DNA from: Octopus vulgaris
Lineage: Eukaryota
NCBI GenBank assembly: GCA_951406725.2
Contig: OX597818.1
Span: 75,702,001 to 75,766,000 of the forward strand
Length of the DNA stretch: 64,000 nucleotides
Reading direction: 5' to 3'
In this document: piece after piece, positions 1 to 12,304 of the stretch
How the letters are laid out: every line of letters begins with the position of its first letter
How positions within the stretch are numbered: position 1 is the stretch's first letter
Program-made: the position numbers and the translations under genes
Notes under the pieces: model-generated
Told to the model about the DNA's origin: nothing
The model's database searches: none
What the model saw: the letters and a program-made list of their open reading frames with translations, nothing else

Positions 1-920
1 TGTGGGTGTGTATGTGCCAGTAATTTTCATTAGAATCTCTATCTCATACACTTTTACCATCCCCTTTCCGCAGCATCACAGATTTTTTTAACCCTTTAGC
101 ATTCAGATTACTCTATCAAATGTAATGCTTATTCACATTGTCTTGAATTAATCCTGCATTATCTTGTGGCTTCAAGATTTCAGTAATGGGATAGTATATT
201 TTTACTATAATATTGTAAAGTAGATATGAGATGTTGGATCTGGCCAGTTTAAACATAAAAGAGATAGAATATTTTGACCTCATATGGCCGGTTAAACCAC
301 AGGAATGTATCAACACTTCAGTATAATAAATTAATTTGTTTGGCAGGTGAATAGTAATTAAATTATAATTGGGTGTATCAGTTTTAAAAAATCTAAGAAG
401 CCCTGGTATATACAAATTGTAGAAGGAAATAGTTTTTTAAACTAATGTTCCTTCCTAAAGTATTACTGACCATAGTTCTTGGAAAGATTCTAAGGGAAGA
501 TTGGGACCCAGTGAATTGTGAGGAGAAGGAACCAACAAAGGTACTTGTTCTTGTTGTTTAGCCTCAAGTCTGCCCTGGTCAAGGAAATCTAGGATTGCAA
601 AGGTTTTAGTTCCTTCATTGTCTCAAAATAACTGAAGTTCTTTATACTAGTTGTTGTTGTTGTTTTGCTCTAGATCAGTCCTCATCAAGCAGACATTAAA
701 TAAAAATGTTCCAATAGCAGCCCTCCAGTCCCTTTCTGTTTACTGGGAATCCAGGACCACATAATGCAACCTGTACTTTGAGGGAGATTTAGCCGCTATT
801 TCTGACAGACCAAGGCCTCCCTTAGTGGCTCAGCTTTACTAAAATGTTTGGTTTATTTGACACATTGAGTAGTTGGCACTTCAGTTTGTTGTAAATGTTG
901 TAAACTGTTTTATTTTCTAG

Positions 921-1028
921 ATGATCATTGCTGGATATATTCTTTCAATGTACAATGAAATCCAAGATGAACACAGACGTAGAACTCCTGGTAACACACC
1001 TGTACGGCGTCGTTCAAGTCAGACTCAG
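921..1028 (+). CDS. POLE: POLE internal coding exon (MIIAGYILSMYNEIQDEHRRRTPGNTPVRRRSSQTQ)
   Basis: ttttctag acceptor and gtcagt donor; peptide matches the C-terminal region of metazoan POLE (PG.TPVRRR); phase 0/0. Confidence 0.92.
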
Positions 1029-1891
1029 GTCAGTAAATGTTAGAAATTATTACAATTTTAGGAGATTAATTAGTTATTTAATTTCATCTCATCAAGATTA
1101 TAATGGCAATCTTTGAATTAAGTTCACAGAAATGTTTTCTTAAAAAACATTTCCTATTTGTTATTAATGAGGAATGAGTGAAAATTACAAAAAAAAAAAA
1201 TTACTCCGTATTTAAAGATTGCTAATGAAGATAGAACTATATTGAACTATATTATGGCTGGAATCTGGTTGATACCATCTTGTTTTTGAAGATAGATTAG
1301 CTGATGTTGGGATTATTGGATTTAATTAATCAGTGTCTAACACAGTCTTAAGAAGGCTGATTTTAGAATTACCACCTGAATGCTTATCAAATAATAGACC
1401 AATATATTCTCATTGAGAATACACCAAATAAATGGCAGTGTGGTTAAGAAGCTTGCTTTCCAACCAACAATGTGGTTTCATGTTGTTAGAGAAGTATCCT
1501 CTATTATAACTCCCCCCCAGCTCCAACAACCTAAACATATGTTGTCAACCCTTAACTCTTTCCAAGAAAGGTAATATTTTCCTATGGTCAGGCATGTTTT
1601 GTGGAAGATTGGAAACAAATGCTGCTTGTATGACAGTGATGCTTGCTTACAGTCATTACATGATGTCAGGACAAGGGTAGACACAACAAACACATCCACA
1701 CATATATATACATGATGAGACTCCTTTTGGGTTTCATCTATCAAGTCCACTCACAAGGTAGTCTTCGTCTATAGCTTGGGGCTATAGTAGAAGATACTGT
1801 GGGAATGAACCCAAGACTACATGGTTGTGAATCAGGCTTCTTAACCACACAACTACACCTGCACCTTTGCAACTATAAATCAATGGTCTAA

Positions 1892-2111
1892 CCCTTTAGC
1901 ATTTAAACTGGCCATATCTGGCCCAAATATTCTGTCTGTTTTAGATAGAAACTGGCCAGATCCAGCCTCTCACACCTGCCCTACAATGTCATTCTAAAAA
2001 TAAACAATCACATTTTCAAAATCTTGAAGCTACAAGAAACTACATGATTAATTTAAAAAAACGTGGACAAACAAGCATTACATTTAGTAAATTAATCTGT
2101 ATGCTAAAGGG
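1892..2111. mobile_element. piggyBac-like MITE (CCCTTTAGCAT termini)
   Basis: Terminal inverted repeats CCCTTTAGCAT...ATGCTAAAGGG flanked by ctaa/ttaa; related copies at ~92-300, ~8590-8795, ~9190-9450 and ~45070-45210. Confidence 0.75.
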
Positions 2112-2259
2112 TTAAAACTCCAAATAAACTCACGTCCACAATTATTATGAAATTTACATAAGATATTTGTAAAAAAAAAAAAAAACTAATGAATTTAGGT
2201 ATCAGATTGTCATTTGAATTTTCCTGCTTTTATTTTCCCTTTTCAACCTTCTGTTTCAG

Positions 2260-2345
2260 ACCATCACAGATTACTCAACTGCCCCAAGTATAGTGACTTT
2301 TGCACAAGATTTAATCCAGGGTGATCTTGCACAGCAGATGTTTAT
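2260..2345 (+). CDS. POLE: POLE coding exon (TITDYSTAPSIVTFAQDLIQGDLAQQMF)
   Basis: tttcag/gtaagt; in frame with neighbours (phase 0/2); aligns to POLE 'ITFSQDYVANELTQSFF'. Confidence 0.9.
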
Positions 2346-2362
2346 GTAAGTTATATTATCTT

Positions 2363-3556
2363 TCATCATCATCATCATCATCATTTAGCGTCCGCTTTCC
2401 ATGCTAGCATGGGTTGGATGGTTCAACTGGAGTCTGTGAAGCCAGAAGGCTGCATCAGACCCAGTCTGATCTGGCAGTGTTTCTACAGCTGGATGCCCTT
2501 CTTAACGCCAACCACTCCGTGAGTGTAGTGGGTGCTTTTTACGTGCCACCCGCACAGGTGCCAGATTGAGCTGGCAAACGGCCACGGACGGATGGTGCTT
2601 TTTACATGCCATCAGCATGGGGGCCAGGTGAGGCTGGCAACAGCCACGATCGGATGGTGCTTTTTACGTGCCACCGGCACGGAGGCCAGTCAGGGCGGCG
2701 CTGGCAACAGCCATGATCGGATGGTTCGCTTACTTGTCACCGGCACTGGTATCACAGCTGCAATTTCCATTGATGTTGATCGACTTCGATTTTGGTTCTG
2801 CTTTCTGATATCTGATTTGATTTGGTTTGATTTTGATTTTCACTTGCCTCAACGGGTCTTGACAAGTGGAGTTTTGTGTCCCAAGAAGGAAAGGTATGTA
2901 TAAGTCGACTGGCTACATACCAGGTAGAGGCCACGGGTTATGGTCTCACTAGTCTTGCCGGGTCTTCTCACGCACAGCATACTTCCATAGGTCTCGGTCT
3001 CTAGTCATTTCCTTGGTGAGACCTAAAGTTCAAAGGTCGTGCTTCACCACCTCGTCCCAGGTTTTCCTGGGTCTACCTCTTCCACAGGTTCCCTCAACCG
3101 CTAGGGTGTGGCACTTTTTCACACAACTATCTTCATCCATTCTTACTACGTGTCCATACCAGCGCAAACGTCTCTCTTGCACACCACAACTGATGCTTCT
3201 TAGGTCCAACTTTTCTCTCAAGGTACTTACACTCTGTCGATTATGAACACTGACATTACACATCCATTGGAGCATACTGGCTTCATTTCTTGTGAGCTTA
3301 CGCATATCCTCAGCAGTCACAGCCCATGTTTCACTACCATGTAACATGGCTGTTCGTACACATGCATCATATAGTCTGCATTTTACTCTGAGCGAGAGGC
3401 CTTTTGTCACCAGCAGGGGTAAGAGCTCTCTGAACTTTGCCCAGGCTATTCTTACTCTAGCAGTTACACTTTCAGCACCCCCACCCCCACTACTGACTTG
3501 GTCACCTAGGTAGTGGAAGCTATCAACTACTTCTAGTTTTTCTCCCTGGAACGTGG
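2363..3556 (-). mobile_element. 5'-truncated RTE-clade LINE (ORF C-terminus, 3' UTR, (GAT)n tail)
   Basis: ORF 3030-3410 contains LHGSETW...RRLRWYGHV.RM...RGRPRKTW, typical of the RTE C-terminus. Confidence 0.92.
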
Positions 3557-3567
3557 TATTAATATTT

Positions 3568-3913
3568 ATTAATATTTACCAGATGCAACAGAGTGACTCA
3601 AGATCCAAGAGTCTTGTGCATTAGCACTTATCAAACTAGCTACAGGTTGAAGGGGAGTGGGTTTATATGGTTGGTGCAAATTGCATTTTCCTCTGGATTG
3701 TTCTAGATCAAATTTTAAATCATAACAATGTCATATAGATAGTTCATATTCTTCAAATAGTTTGCCCCTTATATTGTTCAATAAGTAAATACATATGTAA
3801 TGCTCACCAGCTATATAAACCATCAGCACTTCGACCTGTAACTAGTTTGATAAGTGCTAACACATGAAACTCTTGGGCCTTGGGTCACTCTGTTGCTTCT
3901 ACTAAATATTAAT
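3568..3913. mobile_element. Fold-back element with ~85 bp inverted arms, each holding a U3-A8 hammerhead-like motif (Penelope-like/retrozyme-like)
   Basis: Arms 3568-3652 and 3829-3913; arm consensus TTGATAA GTGC-TAAY-GCAC GAAA CTC...GAG TC. Confidence 0.65.
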
Positions 3914-5310
3914 AATAATATTTACATACTCATATTTTGAGTTCTATTTTTCTTGTTTGCATCACCATACCTGTAAGTTGTACTAGCAAATCTACAATGG
4001 AGGCATAAAATGAGGGAGGGAAGTCATAACAGCAGTATGTATTGAGAAATGTGTAAGCGGACTTGATAGATTACTGGATGATGTCTTAGAGAAATCACAT
4101 TATTGTTGGTGATACAGCTTTCTATCACATATATATGAGATGTGTTTGCGACTAAATGACGTGTGATGACGATTCACTCCCAAACTGAAATAGGCTCCCA
4201 GCCTCTGTATCATGAATGGTTATGTGGACCACTCCTAACGAAAGCCAGAGTTTCCTTCGATCAATATATAAAAAGTATTAAGAAAAATATGTTATTTAGA
4301 TATACTTTTATTTTAGTTGTTTACACTATTTTATGCTTGTTTATACTCTTATACATTCAAAGTTCACAAATTTCCTTATTTAAATTATGAATCATATTCC
4401 TTTCGATAATATCAATATGATTACAAAACTTTGTAGACGATATTTTCTGTTTGATCGACACTAATTTTCAAATTACTGGAGTCCGTTGCTCTACTCATAG
4501 CAACATATAACTGGCTATGTGTGAACATCGGAGTGGATAAAAATACACCTACGTAATCTAAAGTCTGGCCCTGTGCCTTGTTTGCTGTGAATGTGTGAGC
4601 AGAATATTTACGGTTGCAAAAAAATCAAACTAAGATTTACCTCTCACTGTTCTATGCAAATAATGTCTGAATGTTCTGGTACCATGGGTTATTTTGATAG
4701 ACAAAACAGAGTTGTAAATAACAGCCATTTCGAATCCTACTCAAGACTGACACACTTCAATGACCACTAAATGATTAGACACACTATATACTGACACACA
4801 TCCCGAAAAATATCATAACCATTGTCCAGCTGTCTGGCTGTGAAGAGGGAACAGACAAAGAGATGAACATAACACCCATTATAGTAAGATAGCAAATCTG
4901 CCCATCTACAATGAGAAATAAAGGGATAGTATCGCAAATCTAAATCCTCTAAATTCACGAGGAATATGGAGGTGGAAATCCAGAGTTAATCCTTGTTGCC
5001 GGAATTTTAACTAAAAAAAAAATCAAAGGTGATTTATTAATACAAAGCTCAATATCCATTAGATAATCGTACTTTTTTTTTTTTCCTGAATACCTCCTTT
5101 GTAATCCCGAAAAACATCATAACCATTGGTCCAGCCATTTGACTGAGAAGTGGGAACAGACAGACAATAGATGGGTCTATAGCAGATCCAGCTATAGAGA
5201 CCATGCCAGAACAGACAATGGAGTCTGGTGCAGCTCTTGGCCTTACCAACTCCAGTCAAACTGTCCAACCCATGCCAACATGGAAAATGGACATTAAATG
5301 AGGATTATAT

Positions 5311-5363
<53 letters not shown>

Positions 5364-5615
5364 GTTTCTTTCATTTTCAACTAAATCCACTTACAAGCCA
5401 TAGTAGATGATACTTGCCTTGGATGCTATGCAGTGGTACTGAACCCAAAACCATGTGCTTAGGAAGCAAATTTCTTAACCACATTGCCACATCTGTGTTT
5501 TCTTTATACTTTTTGTCTTAGCAGATGTTTGGGTAATTTGGGGCAGTTATTCCTCCTTGTTAAGAATCCATGAAAATTGTTGATATTTGAAATGTCAAAA
5601 CGTTTTACATTTTAG

Positions 5616-5748
5616 GCTAACACAGAAGATCCATAAGAAACTATCTGCTAGTCATTATGGGAATGAGGGCAGTGATTTTCCAGAACCTCCTGGTTCCCAC
5701 TTGAAGCCAACATGTCCTGCTTTGGAGTTTGTCAAAAGTGTTCTAACG
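5616..5748 (+). CDS. POLE: POLE coding exon (LTQKIHKKL...FPEPPGSHLKPTCPALEFVKSVLT)
   Basis: tttag/gtatgt; conserved FP..PGSHL...PALEF.K motif; phase 2/0. Confidence 0.95.
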
Positions 5749-6101
5749 GTATGTTTAACATAACACAGATATGTTGTAGATGTTGTTACTGCTGTTTTTA
5801 ATGTGCTCATTTTCAAATGTATGATTTATACTGGTTACTCACAATATTCAAACCCTAAAAATTAATGTTTTAATTTAAATAAATGAAGAGTTTGGTAGAT
5901 GTGTATCTCTATTTTATTCTCAGTACTTATTAATAAAAACATCATAGTATTGTTAATTTGAATTTTCAAACCAAATGATGACATCTTTCTTCAGTTAAAT
6001 TAATTGTTTACTTACATATTTCTGCAATATATATATATATATATCATCATCATCATCATCATCATCATATATATATATATATATAAATTGTTATGTTACA
6101 G

Positions 6102-6236
6102 GTGTTGTCATTGGATACTAATGTAACACTTCAAACCACAAAATTAAGAAGGGACCTTCTCCGACTTATAGGATATGGGGAATTCTCTCCTGATGCTGTC
6201 TTTAAAGATCCTTGTTTATCTTTTATTCTTCCAGAG
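6102..6236 (+). CDS. POLE: POLE coding exon (VLSLDTNV...[13 protein letters not shown]...[12 protein letters not shown])
   Basis: acag/gtaaat; highly conserved POLE motif, also seen in ORF 6093-6383. Confidence 0.96.
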
Positions 6237-7047
6237 GTAAATATTTTTTCACAATATTTAAACTTATGTGGCAGAATCACTGCTTACATATATACATGCA
6301 AGCATGATCATATTTCTCTCCTTCGACACAGTAGTTGCAGGCTAGAACGAGGCCTCATAGCTGGCCCTACTCTAGATGGCTGAACATAATTGGAGAAGAC
6401 CTCCAGAGGTTCAACATCACCTTGGAGGATGCAGAGGAGCTGGCATATGATTGCCAGCGAGAGAGCACTGGTGGACCCAGTCAGCTCTATGCATGATAAT
6501 GGTGATGATGAACTCTTACTGCTAATTACTTCATTACATCTGGCATATGATATCTTCCAGTCAGCCTACTTATGATCCTACTATACCTCTTTTCCCTCTA
6601 TAGCTTACATTGAGCATCACTCTATGGCATTCCTAGCTACTCCTTTTTTTCACACTGAGCAGGTCGTTTCCCAGATGACAGCAGAGTTCTGTCTTCTTTC
6701 TTACTAAAACTCTGATTTACTTAATGATCTCTCTATTCTAAGCTTTACTTCTATATTTGAATTTGGATTGCCTTGACTGACTCACTTATGAGAACTTAGT
6801 CATCAACTTGCAGGAGTTGCCGTGATACCTGGTCTAAACTTTTCTCTCTGTCTTCAATTATCATCATCGACACACACACACATACACATTATGACTGTGT
6901 GGTTAAGAAGCTTCCTTTCCAACCACGTAGTCTTGGTATCAATCCCACTGCATGGTTTTGGCCACTGCTCAAGTTTTAGAATCTTACAGGTGGCTGTAAT
7001 GTGTGTATATGTATGTGTGTATGCGTAGTGTAGTATGACACATACAT

Positions 7048-8259
7048 GTCATCCCAGAAATAATGCAGTTTTTTCAATTGCATGAACTAAAGGTCAGAGG
7101 GGGACAAGATAAACTACCTGCATCAACTTGCTATAAAAGCAGGTAGGAATTTTATCATGTTTTTATCCTTAGTGCAAGTTTTGAAGAGTGCAGTTCGATT
7201 TTAACAGTTATTTTTTCAAATCTATAATGGAAGTGACAAAGTAGCATCTTTGGTATATTTCACTTTATGAGTTCAATAAAGGCAGCAGCGAAAAGGGAAG
7301 TGTAAGGAATATTAATGCAGTATATGGGGATCAGACAATAAGCATAAGCCAGTGTCAACAGTGGTTCCAGAAACCACAGCCTAGAAGACGAGCCTCGTTC
7401 TGGAAGGTCTGTAGAGTTCAATGAGGATGTCCTGCAAACTCTGATGGAACAAAATCCTATCATAACTGTTGGGGAACTAGCAGAGAAGCTTGGATTTGAC
7501 CATCAGAAAAGTCGACAAATTGGGTCAAAGGGTCCCTCACAAACTTTCTTAGTTTAATCACATGCAGAGAGTGAATGTGTGCTCTTCTTTGCTATCATGT
7601 CTCTCGAATGAACTTTTTTTGGACCAAATAGTGACTGGTGACAAGAAATGGATTCTCTATAAAAATGTCGAGCACCAAAGACAATGGGTAGAGAAAGGGG
7701 ACTCACTGTTACCCCAAGCTAAAGGTCTCCACCCAGCTAAGGTGTTGTTATCTATTTGGTGAGACATGAAAGGTTTAGTTCACTATGAACTTTTAAGCCC
7801 AAACCAAACGATAACAAAAGAGATCTACTAAGAGTAGCTTAAGTCAGCACTAGAAGAAAAACAACCAAATTTGGTTTCAAGACAAAAGGTGTTTTTCCAT
7901 AAGAATAATGCTCGGCCACATACAGCAAGGATGACATTCCGAAGGCTGGAGCAGTTTGAATGGAAAAAGGATGTCCCACTCACCATATTCACTGGACATT
8001 GCCCCATCTGATTATCTTTTTTTATTGTCTTCAAAATCATTTGAACAGAAAAAAATATGAATTCTGTAGATGAGGTCAGAACAGTACTGGAAGACAAAGT
8101 GAATTTTGTAAGAGGGACCTTGCAAGTCTACCAGATAGATGGAAGAGCATTGTAGAAAATTAAGGAGGGTATATTTTAGATTAAAAAAAACTTTATCGTA
8201 ATTTTGAAAAATAAAAGAAGTATAAAAAAAAATCACATTATTTATGTGATGACCCAATA
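7048..8259 (+). mobile_element. Decayed mariner transposon
   Basis: TIR remnants gtcatcccagaaataatg / cattatttatgtgatgacccaata; transposase fragments (LEDEPRSGRS, LDQIVTGDKKWILY) with stops and frameshifts. Confidence 0.88.
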
Positions 8260-8379
8260 TATGTATACATATTGCTTTGTATAGTTATTGTCTTATCATC
8301 TCGTAACATTTCTTTGATAAACACATGGATGGTAGTTAAATAAAGCATCAAATAAATTCCTGCAATTCTTTCCTGACAG

Positions 8380-8456
8380 GTTATCTGCAAGACATGTAAT
8401 CACATTCGAGACTTGGATCTTTGTCGAGATCCTTATTTGAACCGAGAGACTCTGGG
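8380..8456 (+). CDS. POLE: POLE coding exon, first half of CysA zinc finger (VICKTCNHIRDLDLCRD)
   Basis: cag/gtaagc; C-x2-C...RDLDLC motif; phase 0/2. Confidence 0.96.
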
Positions 8457-8880
8457 GTAAGCCACTGATGTAGTTTCCTTTCTTTGTCACATTTCAATTT
8501 TTTTGTTGTTGGATTGGACAGGGATTAATCCAAAACAATGTGAATAAGTAAGCAGTACATATATAAGCTAACTGAACGCTAAGGGATTAAATCAGCCATA
8601 TCCAGCCCAAATATTCAAATTGTTTTATCTTCAAACAGGACAGAGCAGGCCTCTCATGCCTACCCTGTACTGTCGTTCCAAAAGTAAACAATCACATTGT
8701 TGAAATCTTAAAACTATGATATAATGCTTGATTAATTCAAAACAAAGTGAATAAATAAGCATTATATTTGATTGGGTAATCTGAATGCTAAAAGTTTAAT
8801 GATTCATACTCTGTTTTGTTCATTAACTGTATTTTGTAATGTCTTTTTTTTTTCTATCTTTCCCATTTGTTTTTCCACAG

Positions 8881-9013
8881 TGCTACATGGTCATGTATCC
8901 AATGTCACACTGATTACGATGCAGCTGAGATAGAACACAGTCTAGTTGAGGTTATTAACCGCAAGTCTCTTGCCTATACCCTGCAGGATACCAGATGTGT
9001 GAAGTGTAAATTG
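8881..9013 (+). CDS. POLE: POLE coding exon, end of CysA and start of CysB (WSCIQC...LQDTRCVKC)
   Basis: ccacag/gtaagg; phase 2/0. Confidence 0.96.
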
Positions 9014-10453
9014 GTAAGGAAACCTTTCAGTCTTCTCAAAACTACATTTTTAGTCTTTCTTGTGACAAAGACAATGACAACAGCAACTACTACTACTACT
9101 ACTGTTGTTGTCTGGTATGTTTCCTCGGCCCAGATCTATCCAGATGGGGCAGACCTATCAAAGTTTGATATTAATTTTTGTTCCAAACACTTTAGTATTT
9201 AAACCAGCCATCATCATCATCATCGTTTAATGTCTGCCTTCCATGCTAGCATGGGTATCCATCCCAAATACCTGTTTTATGTTCAAACAGACCAGATCTG
9301 GCCTCTCACACTCACCCTACAGTGTCATTGCGAAATATAAACAAATCACATCAGTGAAATCTCAAAGCTATGAAATAATGCATGATCAGTTCAGAACAAT
9401 GCAAATAAATAAGTATTACATTTGACAGAGTAATCTGAACACAAAAGGGTTACCTTAATAAATTCTTCGTTATTTTCAAAATTAATTGAAACATCTCAGT
9501 CTTCAAAACTCAGCCTTTTAACTGCCAAATTAAATTTCTTGGTTATTCCACTAATGATATTAAATATCTAACCAAATAAAAAAATAGATTTGTTATTTTC
9601 TGCAAGTCATGTTACCTCAATAAACTTGACATATCTCACCAGAAAATAGTTTCAAACATGACATTATCAGCTCCTTCATGAGATTCAGATCTTATGATCA
9701 ACCTGCACCATACCTTTCCATGTCTTCAGTTTCCTTTCCTGTAGGTTCACTTGGCACTTCTTTGCTCAACTGTCACCCTCTGTACACATCACATATTCAT
9801 ACCAGTTTTCTCTCATGCATATAATTGCTGATTATTCTTATACTCTGCCTTCATACATCATCTACATTCAGTGTCCGAGTTTTCCTGCCATGTAACATTT
9901 TACTTTGAACACAAGCCTTGTACAATTTACCCCTTACTTGAACAGAGAAACCTTTGTTCAGTGCCATGTAAAAAATACTTGTGTCAGTGTCACGTTAAAG
10001 TACTTGTGTGGTGCTGTGTTAAAAGCACCCAGCACACGCTGTAAAGTGGTTGGTGGTAGGAAGGGCATCCAGCTGTAGAAACCAAGCCAAATCAGACTAA
10101 AACCTGGTGCAGTCTTCCAGTTTACCAGTTCCAGTCAAACTGTCCGACCCATGCCACTTTGGAAAACAGACGTTAAAAGATGAGATGATGAAAGGTAGCA
10201 TATTTCAACAGAAATATGGTAACAAAAGGCTTAAGATCTTGCTCTGACTAGTTAACCCTTAAACCTATGTATCTGAAGTTTTAGATATGACTGAGAGTAG
10301 TTCTTCCTGTTGCTATTAGGAGTAAATGCTGCAAGGGGAAAATGTAGGTGACAACTATTCATAGCTATCCAATATGACAAATAATGTCACACATTTTATC
10401 TGTCTGCCTGTCTTCCATGTCTAACAGTTTCTAAATATTATTTATTTCTACAG

Positions 10454-10563
10454 ATCAAAAATAACAACATGCAAAATTACTGCTCATGTGCATCTAGTTT
10501 TGAAAATGTCATTTCTCGAGATGCATTTCTATCTACCATGAACACCTTCTATGGAATTGCTCA
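10454..10563 (+). CDS. POLE: POLE coding exon, end of CysB (IKNNNMQNYCSCASSF...GIA)
   Basis: ctacag/gtgagt; YCSC motif; phase 0/2. Confidence 0.94.
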
Positions 10564-10624
10564 GTGAGTACATGTTTCACTTAACCTTTTAATTTTAGAT
10601 GTGTGTGTATGTGTATATAGATAC

Positions 10625-10853
10625 ATTGGGTTGGTGCATAATTATTGCGGCTTTTTCTCACATTTTATTCAACAAAAACATATTTAAATGACGGTCTGAC
10701 TATCTGCCAAGCAAATGGGAAGCAGTAATTGAAGTAGATGGTGAACATGCTCCGGAATAATCATTTAAAGATGTTTTTGTTACATGTTTTTATTGTTTTT
10801 GTTGAATAAAATTTGTTGAAAAAGAAGCCGCAGAAATTATGCACCAACCCAAT
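10625..10853. mobile_element. mariner-derived MITE
   Basis: TIRs attgggttggtgcataatt / aattatgcaccaacccaat; internal transposase C-terminal remnant LPSKWEAVIEVDGEH. Confidence 0.85.
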
Positions 10854-11100
10854 AGATAGACCCAGGAGTAGCTGTGTGGTTGAGAAGCTTGCTTCCCAAC
10901 TATGTGATCTTGAGCTCAGTCCTACTGTATGACTGTGTGTATATATTTAGATTTGTAGATGAGTGTGTATTTATGTCAGGTCACACTTAGTGTTACTGGT
11001 AACATGTAACCCAGTACAACCTGTCACATGGTAGGCCATCATTGACTAAGCTTGTGTGTTAAGGAGGGTAGTTTTCATTAGACATCCTAGGGGATGGGAA

Positions 11101-12081
11101 GCCTTTCCTAACGCCAACCACTCCAAGAGTGTAGTGGGTGCTTTTATGTGCCACCGGCACGAGGGCCAGTCAGGCAGTTCTGGCAACAACCACACTTAAA
11201 AGGTGTTTTTTTATGTGCTACCTGCACAGGAGCCAGTCCGGCGACACTGTCAATGACCACGCTCAAATTTTTTTCATGTGCCGGTAAAGCGACACTAGCA
11301 ACGATCATGCTTGAATGGTGCTTTTTACATTCCACTGGCACAGGAGCCAATCCATGGCCCTGGCAACAATCACGCTCAGATGTGCTTTTAAACGTTCCAC
11401 ATGCACGAGTACCAATCAGGCAGTGCTGTCATCGACCACATCAGCGATTTTGATTTGATTTCACTTGCCTCAATGGCTCTTCGCAAGACAATGTTTATTG
11501 TCCAATGAATGAGGCGTACTCATAAGTGGACTGGTTACACCCCACACTCGGATGTGCTTTGAATGTTCCACTGGTACGAGTGCCAATCAGGTGGTACTAT
11601 CATCGGCCACATCAGTGATTTTGATTTTACTTGCCTCAATAGGTCTTCACAAGCAAAGTTTATTGTCCAATGAATGAGGGGTACTCATAAGTGGGCTGGT
11701 TACACCCACTGGCATAGGCCACGGGCTATGGTCCCACTTGGCTTGTTGGGTCTTCTCAAGCACAGCATATCTCCAAAGGCCTCAGTAAGGCCCAATGTTC
11801 AAAGGCCATGCTTCACCACCTCATCCCAGGTCTTCCTGAGTCTACCTCTTCCACAGGTTCCCTCAACTGCTAGGGTGTGACACTTTTCCACACAGCTGTC
11901 TTCATTCATTTGTAACACATGACCATACCAGCGCAGTCATCTCTCTTGCACACCACATCTGATGCTTCTTAAATCCAACTTTTCTCTCAGGTCGCTTACA
12001 CTCTGTCGTGCTTGCACACTGACATTGCACATCCAGTGGAACATACGGGCTTCCTTCCTTGCAAGCTTACGCATGTCCTCA
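11101..12081 (-). mobile_element. RTE LINE 3' fragment
   Basis: Homologous to 2363-3556 (ORF end plus 3' UTR subrepeats), more diverged. Confidence 0.85.
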
Positions 12082-12231
12082 TTTGTACTTCCCATGTTGT
12101 CTTGGGGCTTCCTCTAAACCTAATATTTATAACAACAGAGAAGAAATATGTAAATAATGACACAAAAAATATCAACCATTTTTATAAAATTCATGCAAAT
12201 CTAATTAGTTTCCTTTCTTTGTTAATTGCAG

Positions 12232-12304
12232 ACATTATAATATGCAGCTGCTTCTAGAAACAGTTACATGGATCCTGAAGATGAATGATTCTTTGAACAG
12301 CTAA
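12232..12304 (+). CDS. POLE: POLE terminal coding exon (HYNMQLLLETVTWILKMNDSLNS*)
   Basis: ttgcag acceptor; matches the POLE C-terminus HY.M..LLET..W.L; TAA stop; AATAAA hexamers at ~12816-12861 and ~13811. Confidence 0.95.

Noticed and set aside
2530-2760. CRISPR-like repeat-spacer appearance
   Set aside because: Degenerate RTE 3' UTR subrepeats in eukaryotic DNA; the 'spacers' are homologous to each other and no cas genes are present.
4140-5170. Repeat-like segment with a duplicated tcccgaaaaa.atcataaccattg motif (4801, 5105)
   Set aside because: Probably transposon fragments, but termini and class could not be defined.
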